A stretch of DNA of 64,000 nucleotides from Balanoglossus misakiensis (GCA_040954595.2 CM082581.2:10725099-10789098), one strand, 5' to 3'; shown: positions 39,995 through 53,971, numbered from the stretch's first letter. Notes: generated by a model not told the origin, from the sequence alone. A program made the numbers and translations.

Positions 39995-42900
39995 ATGGAA
40001 TCTGACAGCATCGATGACGATCGCGAAGGCCTCATCGGGAACGTGAATCGACGAGAAGGAGAAGAAACGATCAACTATGTTTCCAGCGGACCTGGCTACA
40101 CTGTGTACAAACGGAGATGGTTTGTACTGGCGCTTGTTGCTCTACACGCAGGTTCAGCACAACTGGTATTGTGTAGTTTTATGTTGTCTGTGGTTTACGT
40201 AATGCATTGTGTGTTTCTTCGGAGATGTTAAGTGGGTAATATTTCTGTGCAGCCTCAGTTGTTAGTTCATGTAATCTGTACCACTGCAGAATCCAGGTCA
40301 CTCTGCGTCACCATAGCGATCTTCCTGCTCAATGAATGAATGAATGAATGAATGAATGAATGAATGAATGAATGAATGAATGAATGAATGAATGAATGAA
40401 TGAATGAATGAATGAATGAATGAATGAATGAATGAATGAATGAATGAATGACAAAAGTAATCAAATATTTTACCAATCCCCCCCCCCCAGATATGGTTAT
40501 CCTTCAGCCCGATCGCCACAGAGGCTGCCGAGTTCTACCATGTACCAGTGTCAAGAATCAACCTTTTTTCTCTGACGTACCTCATCATATCGATACCGAT
40601 GGGCTTTGTGGCTGCCTGGTTGCTGGATACGTTTGGACTCAGGCCTGGGGTGAGTTTCTGTCGTGGATGCCAGTCTGGATTTTGCATTCATCTGTGCGTC
40701 CGTCAATTTTGGCTTTGAGGTTCAACTTCAACAGGTGTGGGGGAATTCGCAGTCAGATCTCAGATCTCTACCTAAACTATTAAAGAAGACAATCGTGTAT
40801 GTATGTTTTGAATCTTGCAGATCATCCTTGCGTCATGGGTCAGCACCGTTGGCGGCGCCATCAGAATCGTCAGCACCTTGGATTTCGTGCCCCAATCCTT
40901 TGCCTTCCCCATCGCGATGGCTGGACAAGTCATCGCGGCGACGGCGTATCCCGTGTTCACCTCTTGCCCGACAAAAGTGGCCAATAAATGGTTCGGTGCA
41001 AACCAGCGATCCGTGGCGACCATGATTGCTACTTTCCCCCTGGGCTACTTGCTGGCCAATCTGCTGTCACCGCTGTTAGTCGAGAATAAGCCACCGGGCT
41101 TACACGGAATCCAATTTATGGTCAGTATTACGATGCTGATAGAATCAAACAACGACAGTCAATTAACTCATCTAAAGAAATCTGTGCGATTCCAAAGAGC
41201 CCGAAACCACTCAGATAGATTCTGATCCCGTACTAGTATTACCAGGCAAAATCTTATCACTTATCGTTGTGTTTTCTGCAGTTAGTGGTGTTTTGTATAC
41301 CGGCTGCCCTTGGGACGCTATTGGCCACTTTCGGATTTCGCAGCAGTATACCTCCAACACCACCATCAAAGGCTGCCGAGAAACAGGACGAACCGTTCTG
41401 GACTGGCTTCAAAGAGGTAAATTATCACGAAAATCTCTTTCTAACTACTATATTTAAGTTTAGCATGACTTCATCAATGAAAATGCTGTTCATTATATGG
41501 CCTGCCATATCACTTGAAGTTTAACCATGAACTCTCATATATGTTGGTCTTTTGAATAATTCGTCAATCTTGGATACTTTCCACATGTTAATTCTTTGGA
41601 AAGTTCGCATGGTGTTCTAGTACCAGTAGGCCTACAGTGTGTACCATTGCGACTATGACAATGTAGGCCTATATCTCATTTATATATTCCGATAGATTCT
41701 AAAAATTGGTCAGTTTTGGGTTATCATGGTTTTATGTGGATGTGGAGTTGGGCTGTTTAATGCTGTAACTCTGTTACTGGAACAAATACTTTGTCCCCAT
41801 GGATACACACCGGTAGGTATATCTGTTGTCTAGTCGACTTTCCCTTTACATTTTACGACATAAACCATAAACATACAACATTGACAAAAATGATTTTTCT
41901 CTTTCAAAGTGGCCTTTGCGTTTAGATTTCCAAGCGACCGTATCAGGCACATAGTCCATGCCACCAGACATATCATAATGAGGCACATTTTTGGCGTCTC
42001 CAGACTTTTGCAGGTATATGCGGAGCCTTGATCATAGGCGTTGGTTGCATTGGCGCTGTTACCGCAAGTATTGTACTCGATAGAACCAAACTATACGAAG
42101 AGATTACCAAAGTAATGTTCTGCTTGGGAGCCATCTTTCTGACCGGGTTGGCCATGGTAAGAAATCATGCAAGCGTACAGAATTTAACATTGGACAGACG
42201 ATGCGAGTCGCAGAGACCGGGTAACCTGAAGTTTCGGCTGAAATCAAGAAATGGTAGCATACGCTATTAAAACAGTTTTATCTTCTTTTACTTTTCTGTG
42301 AATAAAAAGGTTGGGAGTGTACCAGATATGAAAGTTTTCGTCGCCATGGCAGCAGCCATTGCTGGTTTCTTCCTTTGCGGCAGCTATCCTATTATCTTGG
42401 AGTTGGCCGTGGAGGCAACCTACCCTGTTGCCCAGGCAACCTCGACTGGACTCATTCTAATCTCAGGGTAAGGTGTTCCAAGAGTAAAATTGTCTTTGCA
42501 TAACGATGGACGGCATTTTACGTGAACATTACACTCGAATAGTGTCAGAAAACCAACGGGTTTCTTATTGGTCCTTCTTGCAGCCATATACAGGGCATCG
42601 GCTACACCTTTGCCATGCAGGGGTTGGGAAGACCGCTACCTGAACATTTGATCGCCGTTCAGCAGTGCTCTCACAAAAACCAAACCTTGACGGTTACAGA
42701 TGGTGACCTCCCAGATGATATGACAAGTAAGTCGTGACATCAGAAGTCGACAAAAAAGGATCTTGCTGATTAATAAACTCAATTTGTTTCACCTCGTTTC
42801 GTCCTTATTGATAATTCTACTGCGGATAAGCAGGGTACTTATACCTGGAAGGTAAGTTCGTAAACTTTAAGCTTATTCGTGAAGTTTTACCATTTTGAAA

Positions 42901-43068
42901 CTGAATAATATCTTGCTGTCTTGCTTGCATTTCTTTTCAGTGTCGATATTATTCGCAGCGGGCCTGATGTCTTTGTCCACAATACTGTTCACCCTGATCT
43001 TCCATACAGACTACAAGAGGATGAACACAGAACTAGGACTTCCCATTTCAAGGACTAGATTCCGATGA
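39995..43068 (+). CDS. SLC49A3: MFS transporter, SLC49A3/MFSD7 (FLVCR family)-like, paralog A
   Basis: Exons: 39995-40165, 40491-40649, 40821-41120, 41282-41416, 41696-41812, 42004-42156, 42310-42467, 42584-42726, 42941-43068. Motifs YKRRWFVL, IWLSFSPIA, WLLDTFGLR, PTKVANKWF..QRSVAT, PPTPPS, LELAVEATYPV, FHTDYKR. Confidence 0.9.
40331..40450 (+). repeat. (AATG)30 microsatellite in intron 1 of MFS paralog A
   Basis: Perfect tetranucleotide run of 120 bp, ending 40 nt before the acceptor at 40490. Confidence 0.98.
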
Positions 43069-43664
43069 CAAAAGATATACGTAGGATTGTAGACCTAGAA
43101 ACAAGAGATGCCGAATATGTCGTCGTTTTTACTGTATGATGTATCAATAAAATGTGCATTATGTATGGTGTGAAATCGGTGAATAAAATAACTTTCCACA
43201 AAACTGCGTGGACATTGCATTCGTGAACTTGTCGATGCGATTGTATAAGAGCGAATGACACTAGCACAATTTAGCTGTCCAATAGTCAAAAAGCTTCGTC
43301 ATCGGAAAGAGGAAACTGCTCCTCGATACCCTCACCGACTGAATGGGAGCGAGCGTGCCTATTTCAACCTGCGTATCACCTGACCAGTCACATGATCATT
43401 GTGATCCCAGCTGTTCAAAGACATTTCGTCTGCTGGCCTTGTTTGACTCTGATCACGATCGTCGACAGCTGGTAACTTGTATCAGGTCTCTTAGTTTGTT
43501 CATGCAATTCGTGTACGTACTCAACCAGAACTTATTTCGAGATCTTTCAGGTAAAGTCTCAATTATGATTTATGTATTTGTTTACGTTAGTGGAAGTGCC
43601 CCAGGCTTGTGGGCCGGGGGGAGGGGCGCTTGAACCACGGGGACCTCAGCACAAAATGTGTGTT

Positions 43665-43668
<4 letters not shown>

Positions 43669-43696
<28 letters not shown>
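43669..43696 (+). repeat. (TG)14 microsatellite
   Basis: Read directly; lies in the presumed 5' UTR intron of MFS paralog B. Confidence 0.9.
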
Positions 43697-43699
<3 letters not shown>

Positions 43700-43954
43700 A
43701 TCCAGGTAAATATAATCATTTTTGTGTGGACTTTTCTCTGTCGTGTTATTTCTTTCAGATTGGATAAGACGGTTTTCGCATATTTGAATATGGCTGAATC
43801 CCAACAGGAAGTTTGCTCAGAAAGTATTTCCCATGACATGTAATGCCTTTGTGGAAATGTGTGCTCTGTCGATAAGGCCAAGGATATACTTTTGAAAGCA
43901 CGAATTTTAAGTGGTACATGTTGATTGTTGAGGACTGAAGTAGCTGTCGTCGCC

Positions 43955-46900
43955 ATGGATACCAGTCGTCTAGTGACATCCTCATCGACAACATCATTGG
44001 ATGCAAAGAAAGTTAACGAAGATGGAGATGATGGCGAAGAAGTGAAATACATTGTCTACAAGAAACGCTGGCTAGTTCTCTTCATTGCCACTTTCTCAGG
44101 ATTTACCGCTGACATTGTAAGTATAACGACCGCACAATCCGCCTGTTTGGGGTCAGGGTTCACAGGTCAAATTCATGATTGTCATCCAATGATTTTACAA
44201 TTTCTCTCTGCACTTTCTTTTTTCCCCCATCAGATATGGGTGTCATTTAGCCCGGTGGCTACTGTTGCTGCAGAATTCTACGACGTCTCAGTAGACACGA
44301 TCAATTTAGTCTCTTTAATTCACATCATTTTACCGATTGTCTTCGGTTTTGTTGCATCATGGTTGCTAGACGTCTATGGACTAAAACCTTCAGTAAGTAA
44401 TTACATTCTTTTTAAAGCCCATATTTGCATAATAACTACTATTCTCAGAACACTCTGTGTATATTTCTACTGGTAGTGCTTCAGTGTGTGTTTGCTGGAG
44501 ATATCACTAAAGTGAGAGGTAAACTAAGGTTCTAAGGACAGTCATCCCTGAAAATTAACCCACCAGATCCTTACCCGAAACCTATTTCAAACATAACTAT
44601 CTGTATTTTTCTCTCATTTCTGTCCTCTCAATGGTGAAATGTCAATGTGCAAAATAAAAACCTCTCTTACAGTTGTTGATAGCTGCCTGGGTCACTCTGA
44701 TTGGCAGTGTACTGCGCAGTGTGAGCACGCTAGATTTTATTCCACATTCCTGGGCATTCCCGATGGTCCTCACCGGACAGACCATTGCAGCAACAGTGGC
44801 ACCGATATGCGATGTTTGCACGACCAAAGTGTCCGAGCAATGGTTTGGTCACAATCAGCGCTCTCTGTCAACGATGCTCATTTCCGCATCCTACGGACTC
44901 ACCCTCGCTAATATTCTGACACCCTTTGTCGTCAAAACTAAAGGTATCAAGTTTATGGTAAGTGATTTGATCGAGACAGGTCATCCCTGCAGCCACAGTC
45001 CCTCTATTACAGGAACTGTGTTGCAGCTAATCATACATGTGTCACAAAAGTATTTGTGTAGCATGATTTCTTGTGGTGTTTCGAAATGAGTTCTCAACAG
45101 ATACATGTGTATTACCAGGATACATTGCAATATAGTTTCCTGTCCTGATCAAAACTGTGGGTGATTTGAACCCAAGACTATACTGATCTTATTTCAATAA
45201 ATAGTACTCATTCAAATAGTATGGCTAAAGTGATCATGCATGTCTAAATTGGTTCAATGTTTTTTTCCAGTTTATTTTGTACAGTGTTTTTCCGTTATTT
45301 GGAGCGTTAATTACAACATTCGGGATGACAAGCAGTAAGCCCCCAACACCGCCATCACCAAGTGCTGCTGGGGAAATGCAGCCATTTTGGATCGGGATGA
45401 AACAGGTATTTATCAACCATGAACACCACTTCTGTGAATATTCAAACGTTTATACATGTACATACATGTACCCGGAAATGAGTTTTTGGTGCATGGAATT
45501 CACGGATGCAAAGACATCAATTTACAATCAGTACATGTATAAAACCAGACAATTTTGTTCCATTGCAGATTTTGAGAAACAGACAATTTTTAATCTTATT
45601 GGTTTTGCTGAGTATGGAGAGTGCGCTGTTTAATTCCTTAACTGTCATGGCTGAAGAAATGTTATGTACTCATGGATATGATCCGGTACGGTCAACATTT
45701 ATTGTTTTTTTTTGCCCACCGATCAACACACACAAACCAATATTTGACATTTCCCCCCCACACACACAGACAGACTTTTCACGGTTATATATGCAAAACA
45801 ATACCTGAAACCCAAATTTTTTATCGTAACATTGCCACTGACAAAAACAGTCAATGTTTTTTGTTTTCAGACATTTTCTGGACTTGTCATGGGGATCCAG
45901 TCTGGCGTGGGTGTCGTTGGTGCCTTGCTGGCCTCTCTGTATGTTGACAGAACGAAATTATTTGATGAAACAACAAAAGTCCTGTACGCTCTGTCTGCGA
46001 TCAGCATGACGATGATGATGACAGTAAGTTGAAACTAGTTCTTTCAAATTTCAAACACTAAATTCTGAAACTACCTGTACTACAGAGACTTACTTTGACA
46101 TGGTCATTGGTTTAATTTCTCAGTAAAGTAAATTTTGATAAATTTTGCCTTTCTTCAGGTGTCCTGTATACCACACATGGAAGCCTTGATCCTGATAACC
46201 AATATTTTGTATGGTGTATTTTCAAGTGGTGCTTTCCCAGTTGCCTTGGAATTAACAATAGAAACTACATACCCTGTGGCTGAGGCTACCTCATATGGTC
46301 TACTTATAGTCTGCTCGTAAGTTGTCTCAGAATTAATGAATTCACTTATTTCACTGATTCAGCATGAATCAGAAACAGACCCAAGTACAATTGATGTGAA
46401 AATTAAAATAGCCAAATTGCCATCATAATGCTAATGTTTCATTTTGTATAATTTTCTCGGCTTCCAATATAGGCACATCCAGACCATAATATTCACATTC
46501 ATGTTTGAAGCACTCAGTCAACCACTGACACAGTACGAGAAGATTCATCAAAAATGCGTTTCGCCACATCCACAACATAATGCAACATTCGGTTTCCACG
46601 GCTACAGCAGTATGTCAAATATCCATGGTTACCAAGGCAGCAAATCAGAACCCAAAGACATGACAGGTAAAATTCCATTTTCACGTCTGAATATGGACTG
46701 AGTTGCCACATATGCAATGAATAAGGCTACCCTGGGGCCAAGCCAGTATGATAATATTCAGTAATTGTATAAAATGTCTGTTGCCACAAACAGTTATGTT
46801 GATGTGTATTTTAATAGTACCAGTAACACTCTCTAAATGCGAATATACCAGGGTAGATTCACTCCGAGACTCATAATATGCAAATGAACACCTCCATTTT

Positions 46901-47102
46901 TTCCCCAGTGGCGATGATGGTCCTGTCAGGCATAATCTGCTTCCAGTCTGTGGCTTTGATATTGTTTTTCAAGAGTGGTTACAGGAGATTGCGAATGGAA
47001 AAAGCTCAGCTTTCGTCCGGAAAGGAGTCACCATCCGTGAATGCAGAAATCCTGCCTTCGGATTATAACGATGGTCAGCAGTCAGTGAATGCAGATGCTT
47101 GA
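43955..47102 (+). CDS. SLC49A3: MFS transporter, SLC49A3/MFSD7-like, paralog B (divergent)
   Basis: Exons: 43955-44116, 44234-44392, 44673-44957, 45271-45405, 45569-45685, 45871-46023, 46159-46316, 46473-46666, 46909-47102. Same intron positions as paralog A. Motifs YKKRWLVL, IWVSFSPVA, WLLDVYGLK, PPTPPSPSA, LELTIETTYPV. Start codon (gccATGG) is uncertain. Confidence 0.88.
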
Positions 47103-47866
47103 GGGGATGTAACTGCAAATTAGCCTAGCAACAGCACCATGACAAACAGTACTGCTCTGTATTGATACACTGTCTTCCAAACACCGATTTATGGTTTGAC
47201 CTTTGACCATGGACATGCACAATTTGATTGGTCCTCCAAGGTCGATAGAAGTTTGATACTACCTGTTCACACAAGTGCAATTGAAATTTACTTGAGGCTG
47301 AAGAAGTAGATATTTTGATACACAGTGAAGCTGTGTAAGGCATAGCATCAAATGCTATTTATCTTGAATTTTAATTGATATTTGTCTTTCAAGACATTAA
47401 AATGTAGTTTAAGAGTAATTAAATGATTATTTTCTCTTCTATAGCATAAATGTTTAACACAAAATCACTTTAGATAATCTTCAGATTTTGTTTGTTTACG
47501 AACTGAATGTTGTCGAACATAACTACATGCAAATACGATGTAACCTTTACACAACAACACAGGATGGCAATGATTATTTTTATCTTCTGTATTTTGAAGA
47601 TTTCGTAGGAAATTGACCGATAATCTCAGACATTAAAAAATTATTTACATGGATGTGTTCCACAAATACAAAAGCATTTATGTGACTGAAGACAAAAAAA
47701 ATCCGCAGTGATATGAAAAAAAAATTTGGGGGTGGGTGGTAACACCTTTCATCAAGGTGTTCTTAAACTTGTTCTATACAAAATTTGACAGCACATATAT
47801 TTTACACTTTTCAATCGACATCACTGTAGCACCACAAAAAGTCAAACTTGAGGACACGTCTTGCAT

Positions 47867-50800
47867 TCACATTGACACCTGCTGGATATTCCTAGTTGGA
47901 GATGTCGATGAACTGAAGTTCAAAATCCTCTCAGCGGCGTCACACTCTTCTGCCTTCAATCGTTTGTAATCCGTGTTGAAGAATATGATGAAGACACAGG
48001 CAGCAAAAGTCGCCATGCCGGCAAAAACCAACACTGAAACTGCAAGATTTAAAAAAGGATTGATTAATGTACTCTTTGCGGAACAGGTCGCTGAGATTTG
48101 TTTCTTGCCCATAGGAGGTGTTTCGCTACACTCTGATATGTTCCACTGGGCAAAAGTCACCAACTGTATTAGTCAATGACAGCTTTTCTGTCCTCCACAG
48201 AAAATGTAATTGATGACACGTGAGGGCGCTGTTTCAAAATCATGATTGGAAGATGTTGTCCATCTGAGTAATGTGACATTCTCACCTGTCATGTCCTTCG
48301 GTTCAATCGCTGAAGACAATGACGAGTTTGAACACTCTTGAGTTTCAAGCTGAGTTGGCGACAAGTCCCTACCAAGATATTGCATGATGTAGATGTAGGC
48401 TATGCCCTGGATTTGACTGGAAAAAAGGGAACAAAAACAACATGAGTATTAATCCACATTTGTCTTCCAACTTCCGATTTCTAACTCTCACTCGATTAAC
48501 ATCCAATCTGATTAAACTCAGATGTAAGGCGCCGTCTTTACCTTCACTGGTTCTTTGCTATTCTCTTTTCTCTACATCTGATTTTAATCAGTTTGGAATT
48601 AACGTCACATCTTCCATTACTTACCCAGACGTGAAGAGTAATCCTGCACTTGTGCCCTCTGCTATGGGATACGTACACTCCACACCCAGCTCAAGACAGA
48701 CGGGTAAGAGTGCAAATGAAAAGAGGCCAACAAGTCCCGACGCGATTCCAGTCAACACTGCTTGGTCGGGCTGTTGGGATATCTAGAAATACACAAACAG
48801 AAGACTTGTCATGTACTACATGCTGGCATTGATGGAAGTTATTGCTTGGGACAGATTTCCATTTTCTAGCTTTAAATCAGAGTCGAAATCTGTATTTGGG
48901 TAAGAGTGATACATAATTTTGCCGTACCACTGCAAGGAATGAACAGGAGACTGCTGCAAGTCCGTAAGATATCTTGGCCGTTTCCATGAATCGCTTCGTT
49001 TTATCCACCACTGCACCAGCAAACGCGGCTCCCAAGGCACCAACAAATATCATCAGTGCTCCGTAAAGACCAACTTGATCCTGGATGGGAACACAGTAAA
49101 CATACATAAAAAAGGTGTGCAAATGTGTGAGCGTGTGTATATTGCATTATAAAACTCCCACAGCAACTTTGTATTTACATGCACAGTATAACAATGGCCA
49201 TTCCTGGCTGCATTTGACTTACATCATCGTAGCCTTGTGGACAAAGTATCTGTTGAAACAGTGTCGTCAGTGTGCTGAAAAGAGCTATACCGCCTCCAAA
49301 ACTGAACGCGAGTATCAAATATGCCTTATTTTGTAAAATCTGCAACAGAAAAAAATTATATGCAACAGTTCAATATTTTGATTTTCAATAAAGAGTTTCT
49401 GCATATTTTGAAGGTCACAAAGGCAACCATCTGGTCATTTTTATTTTAAGGGAGTTTGAGCGCAGTGAGCTCAAAACATACAAATATTTTTTAGTGAGTG
49501 TAACTTAACCACTGCTTACTAACATAGACCAAAATCTGAGATAAAAACTCAGCATGCTGAAGTGTGTGTGTGTACTTACTTTTTTAAGTCCATGAAAGAA
49601 TGGTTCATGGGTCTCTGCAGCACTGGCTGACGGTGGGGTTGGTGGATGACTGCGCCAGAAACCAAAGGTTGCTAGCAGCATAGACAGACCAGCTGGTATA
49701 CAATATATTAATAACTGCAGAAAAGAAACAATGAAGAGGATTGTTGTCAACTGGCATAATCAGACAAATACTGAGAAAAAATGACATCTAACTATTTTAA
49801 AACCAAGTCTCACTAACAAGAAAACCATGCAGTGAAAAAGAAGATGACAAATTTGGAGAATACTCACTGTGAACTGAAGATCATTTTTCGTCTTCGTCAG
49901 GACAGGGGACAAGACATTTGCCACTAAAATTCCGAGTGGGTTCGAGATGGACGCTACCATATTAGCCACTGCTCTCTGATCGTCTTTGAACCAGGTGGCA
50001 GCAAGTTTGGTGGGTGAAAAGAGTATGAATGGCTGTGCGCAGGCTGCGATCCCTTGTCCGGTCAACACCAGCGGGTACTTCACGTGGGGTGGAATGAAAC
50101 CAAACGTACTGAGAGCTCGGATGACCCCTCCTATCAAGTTGAGCCAAGAACCAAACACTATCTGTGAGGCAAAAAAATCACAGTTCGTGTCAATATGCTG
50201 CATCCTGGTTGTAGATATAAATTTTAATGCATATTGTACAGAGCACTCTGCTTGTGAAAAGAAAGAGCAATTGACAACAAGGCGGGTACTCACACTTGCT
50301 CTGAGGCCGAAGGTATCCAGCAACCAACTTGCACATAATCCGAAAGGGACAGACACAAACAGGAAGATGAGGGACAGCAAATTAATTTTATCATAATGCA
50401 CGTCGTAGTATTCCCCAGCCTTGTCGGCAACTGGACTAAAAGTCAGCCAAATCTGCGTGGAAAAATATATACAACGATAAATATAATTGCATAACATGTG
50501 ATAGAAGTACTTTCGCGATTGCATCAAACAATATTAAAGCAGTACATGTACATCAAAGGGAGCCCCGCCCACCACAGGTACAGGCCCTCCACGAAGACTG
50601 ATGAAACTATAAACTCTAAGATTATTTTGTTAATTCGAGGGCCTGCGTCCTGTGATACCTTACGAATCGTACTACTAACACACATGCTACTAGGACATTG
50701 GAATTTCATCCGGTTTGGATTCGGTTCATCCTCGCAACTCCATCATTCATGATCAATGTCTAAGGTCTATCAATAATCATTCAGTGGTCATCAAACTTAC

Positions 50801-50992
50801 TTGACTAGAACTTACCATGGCGTTTGATATGTTTAGGAGGCAGATAATACTCAGCATGAACCATCGCCTCTTGTACACCCTGTATACTTTCTGCTCTTCA
50901 CTGTAACTTGATGATAACGAGGACGGAGAACGCAACAACGGATCTGCGAGGTAGTCCTCCGAACTTCGAGTCACTTCACCGACCGTCGCCAT
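47867..50992 (-). CDS. SLC49A3: MFS transporter, SLC49A3/MFSD7-like, paralog C (most canonical)
   Basis: Exons: 50992-50816, 50452-50294, 50161-49868, 49714-49580, 49339-49223, 49080-48928, 48782-48625, 48416-48286, 48039-47867. Motifs YKRRWFMLSIICLLNISNAM, IWLTFSPVAD, GQGIAACAQPFILFSPTKLAATWF, NPLGILVANVLSP, PPTPPSASA, ELGVECTYP, FNTDYKRL. Confidence 0.93.
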
Positions 50993-51937
50993 GTTGTTAT
51001 TTCATAGTCACCTGATATGAGGCCCTCTATGTTGTCAGAGATTTACCTTTTAGTGTTGAATAAGCGCTGGTCTAGGTATGCCTGTTGCTGGCATGTAGTT
51101 TGGTCACATGTATCGAATAAGATTACTTTTGTTCCCTAATATTGCTTGTTTAATCTAGAATATTTTTACCATATGATCTCACCATTTAGTCTTATATTTA
51201 CTTCAATTGTACAGCAGAATGAATTTGTATATATTTATTGTATTTCAAGATATATGCACAGCATATAACTGGAACTACAATCGATGAGTGTGTTGTTGAC
51301 CTAAAAAGTTTTTGTTTGTGTCTGTGGGTGTGATTAAAATTAATTTAGTGCATGACAAACACTGCCAGAAGTCAAGTTCTATGTTTCACACTTTAATTCT
51401 AACACTTGATGAACATTTTTCATTTAACATACAGCTCTTGTTGCACTTCAGATCAGTGTGCTGTATTCTGAGACAAATGAAGTCATTCCAGACTATCAAC
51501 AGAAATGTAACAACATACAGATCTTATTTGTGGAATTCAAATTAAAAACAAAACAGGAACTTGAAAATTGCATACACATCATTTTTTTTCTGTTTAACAG
51601 CTAGCGAGTATACATGTAATTCAGAGCAATGGTCAAAGGCAAACACAGTCCCTTGACTGTGATACAAGCCTGCAGATCTGAGCTTGACAGGAAGCAGGGA
51701 TGTCGTACTACTTTGGGTTTGAAGGTTGATTATCCTTCATCAGTGGCATCTCCTTAGCATTCACACTCAGTGATGGCCAATTGGCCAAACATCCCACAGT
51801 GAAGTCAAGCTAAACTCCATTGTGCCCAAATATCAGTGCTCATCCCCCCGTATCTGCATAATAGACTCTTCCACCAGTGGAAAGGTATAGCATGGTGGCA
51901 GGTGAGGTCATGTGCTAGAGGGGTGAGAAGGTGCACT

Positions 51938-53971
51938 TTATGACGAACTGGGTGGTCGATATTTTTCCCAATGTTTATGACTTAGATTACTGAAGTCGTC
52001 CAATGAAGCGATGTTTTTCAGATACTTGGACAATTTCAGGAGTTCCTTGTCATGTTGGCGGTTGAGATGGGCTTCTCTGAATGGCCGTATCTGCAGAGGA
52101 AGACACAAATTATCATTTATTTGCTACATTGCTATTACTAGCGAACTGCTGTGTGATATTGTACCAGTAGTTTAATCTGGCATGCTGATTTTTAAGTTTG
52201 TAACTAGACTTTGGAATCACATCAGAGAGACAGACATAGTCCCTCAGTCCATTGAAAGTTGTCTTCAGTTTTGACTTACTCTGAGTCCGTTCTGTGGATT
52301 CATCAGAAAATTCCTGCGGATGTCATCAAACATGATTGTTGTTTTGCTGTTGTATTCTTCAAACTTTCCCCAGATAACCCCAAGTGGTTTAGTCTGGAAA
52401 TAGAAGTTTTGCATGAGAATGCCATGAAATTAATATTAAGGTTGACAAACATTAATAAAAGTATATTGTGCAAAGTTAACCATGTGAAGATTTCTGAATG
52501 ACATCATAGGCCACTAGGGGTCAGGGTGCAAAGGTTAATTAATATATCCAAATATGTAAAGTTACCTCCACAACACCATACTTTTGAGTGAAGACTGTTA
52601 TCATGGCAGCACTGTCTAACATGAATGTCAACTTGTAGTTGGGATTTCCTGTCACACCTAACTCTTTCATCTTGGCTTCTATCCACTTCATACTTGTTGC
52701 AGCTGATAAAAAGTGGACATACATAATCAATAACTGCTTTACAGAAAGAGAAGGCAACAGGAGAGAAATTTAAAACAAAACAATAGTTACAATTTTAAAT
52801 ACCTAAATCAAATTGCCCTTTGATCCAATTTATTTGCCGACTGTAAATCTAATTGTTATTCCAGGTACCACAGATGACACCTGGTTGAACCCTTTCACCA
52901 CCATGGTTCAGTCCAAACCCAATGTTTTCTATGGTAAGGTTGGACCTCTATAGCGGGAACTGGGGGTGAAAGGGTTAACACTCAAGGGCATAGATACTCA
53001 CACCAGATGACAATATCATAGTCTTCATATGCAGATGCCAGAAAGTCATGTAAATATGGCCTCATCAATTCAACTCCAGTTTCAGCACAAGACCTATGAT
53101 CTTTAGAAGAAGAAAAAAAATAATTAAATATATTACATGAGTAGGTTAAACTATAAATTGACAGAAAATTGAATATGAGTGGACAAACACACTGCCGACA
53201 AAGTACTACTTACCAAAGAAAGTATAATCAACATCTAACACCAACAGTTTCTTCCCAGGTCTTGGTGGACTCAAAATCTTGACTTCGTAATCTTTGACTC
53301 TCCGAGCTATTTTTTGTAGATTTTCTTCTCTATGAACCACAATAGATACAGCAGACGAGGAAATGATACATGTAATATAGAAGCGTGTGTGCCTTACATA
53401 GACTTTCATAAGAGAGAACGTTTTTGAGGGATCTTGTTGCAATGACATTGTGAGCTCCCTTTTCTCTGCTATGTGATAACATTCGCTTAATTAAATCCTA
53501 GTGATAAACAAACAAACAGACATTTACCTATTTTCCACTAGAACCACTTCTTCCTCAATATCAAAATCATCAACAACTTCTCCGATGTCTGGAGGGGGTT
53601 CCGCAACCGACTGAATAGTTTCTTCTCTAGTTCCCATCATCATGATTTTGTTTTTAGCTTTTAATTTTAACGCTGATAATTGCACATCGTCTGTTGGTGG
53701 TTTACCTGAAATGCAAGCACGTCCATGTAGACTGATGAGTTCCAATCCAGGTGCAAGAAAAATAAATGCGCATCCTCACCTGCATATGAATGCACCATGA
53801 TTTCTACTTACCATTATGCTTTAATCCTAAAAGCTTTTGCCGCTCTGGCAAGACGCCCGTCTGGGATTTTATCGCATCTTTCAGTTCTCCAACAGTGTTT
53901 TCCGGACTCAGGTCAGACACTGTATATTCTTGACCACTCCATTTGACAACAATCGTTATGGGGGCCGCCAT
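51938..53971 (-). CDS. UBLCP1: Ubiquitin-like domain-containing CTD phosphatase 1
   Basis: Exons: 53971-53812, 53705-53528, 53329-53214, 53100-53002, 52702-52566, 52393-52280, 52090-51938. UBL domain (VKWSGQEY...[13 protein letters not shown]...IMMMGTREE), HAD DxDxT motif [46 protein letters not shown]. Confidence 0.95.
52890..52974. mobile_element. 85-bp piggyBac-like MITE in a UBLCP1 intron
   Basis: Terminal inverted repeats CCCTTTCACC...GGTGAAAGGG (13/14 match when extended), flanked by TGAA on the left and TTAA on the right. CCC...GGG ends with TTAA target sites are piggyBac hallmarks. Confidence 0.75.

Noticed and set aside
40267-40519. ORFs with (HSFI)n repeats
   Set aside because: Translation artefact of the (AATG)30 microsatellite.
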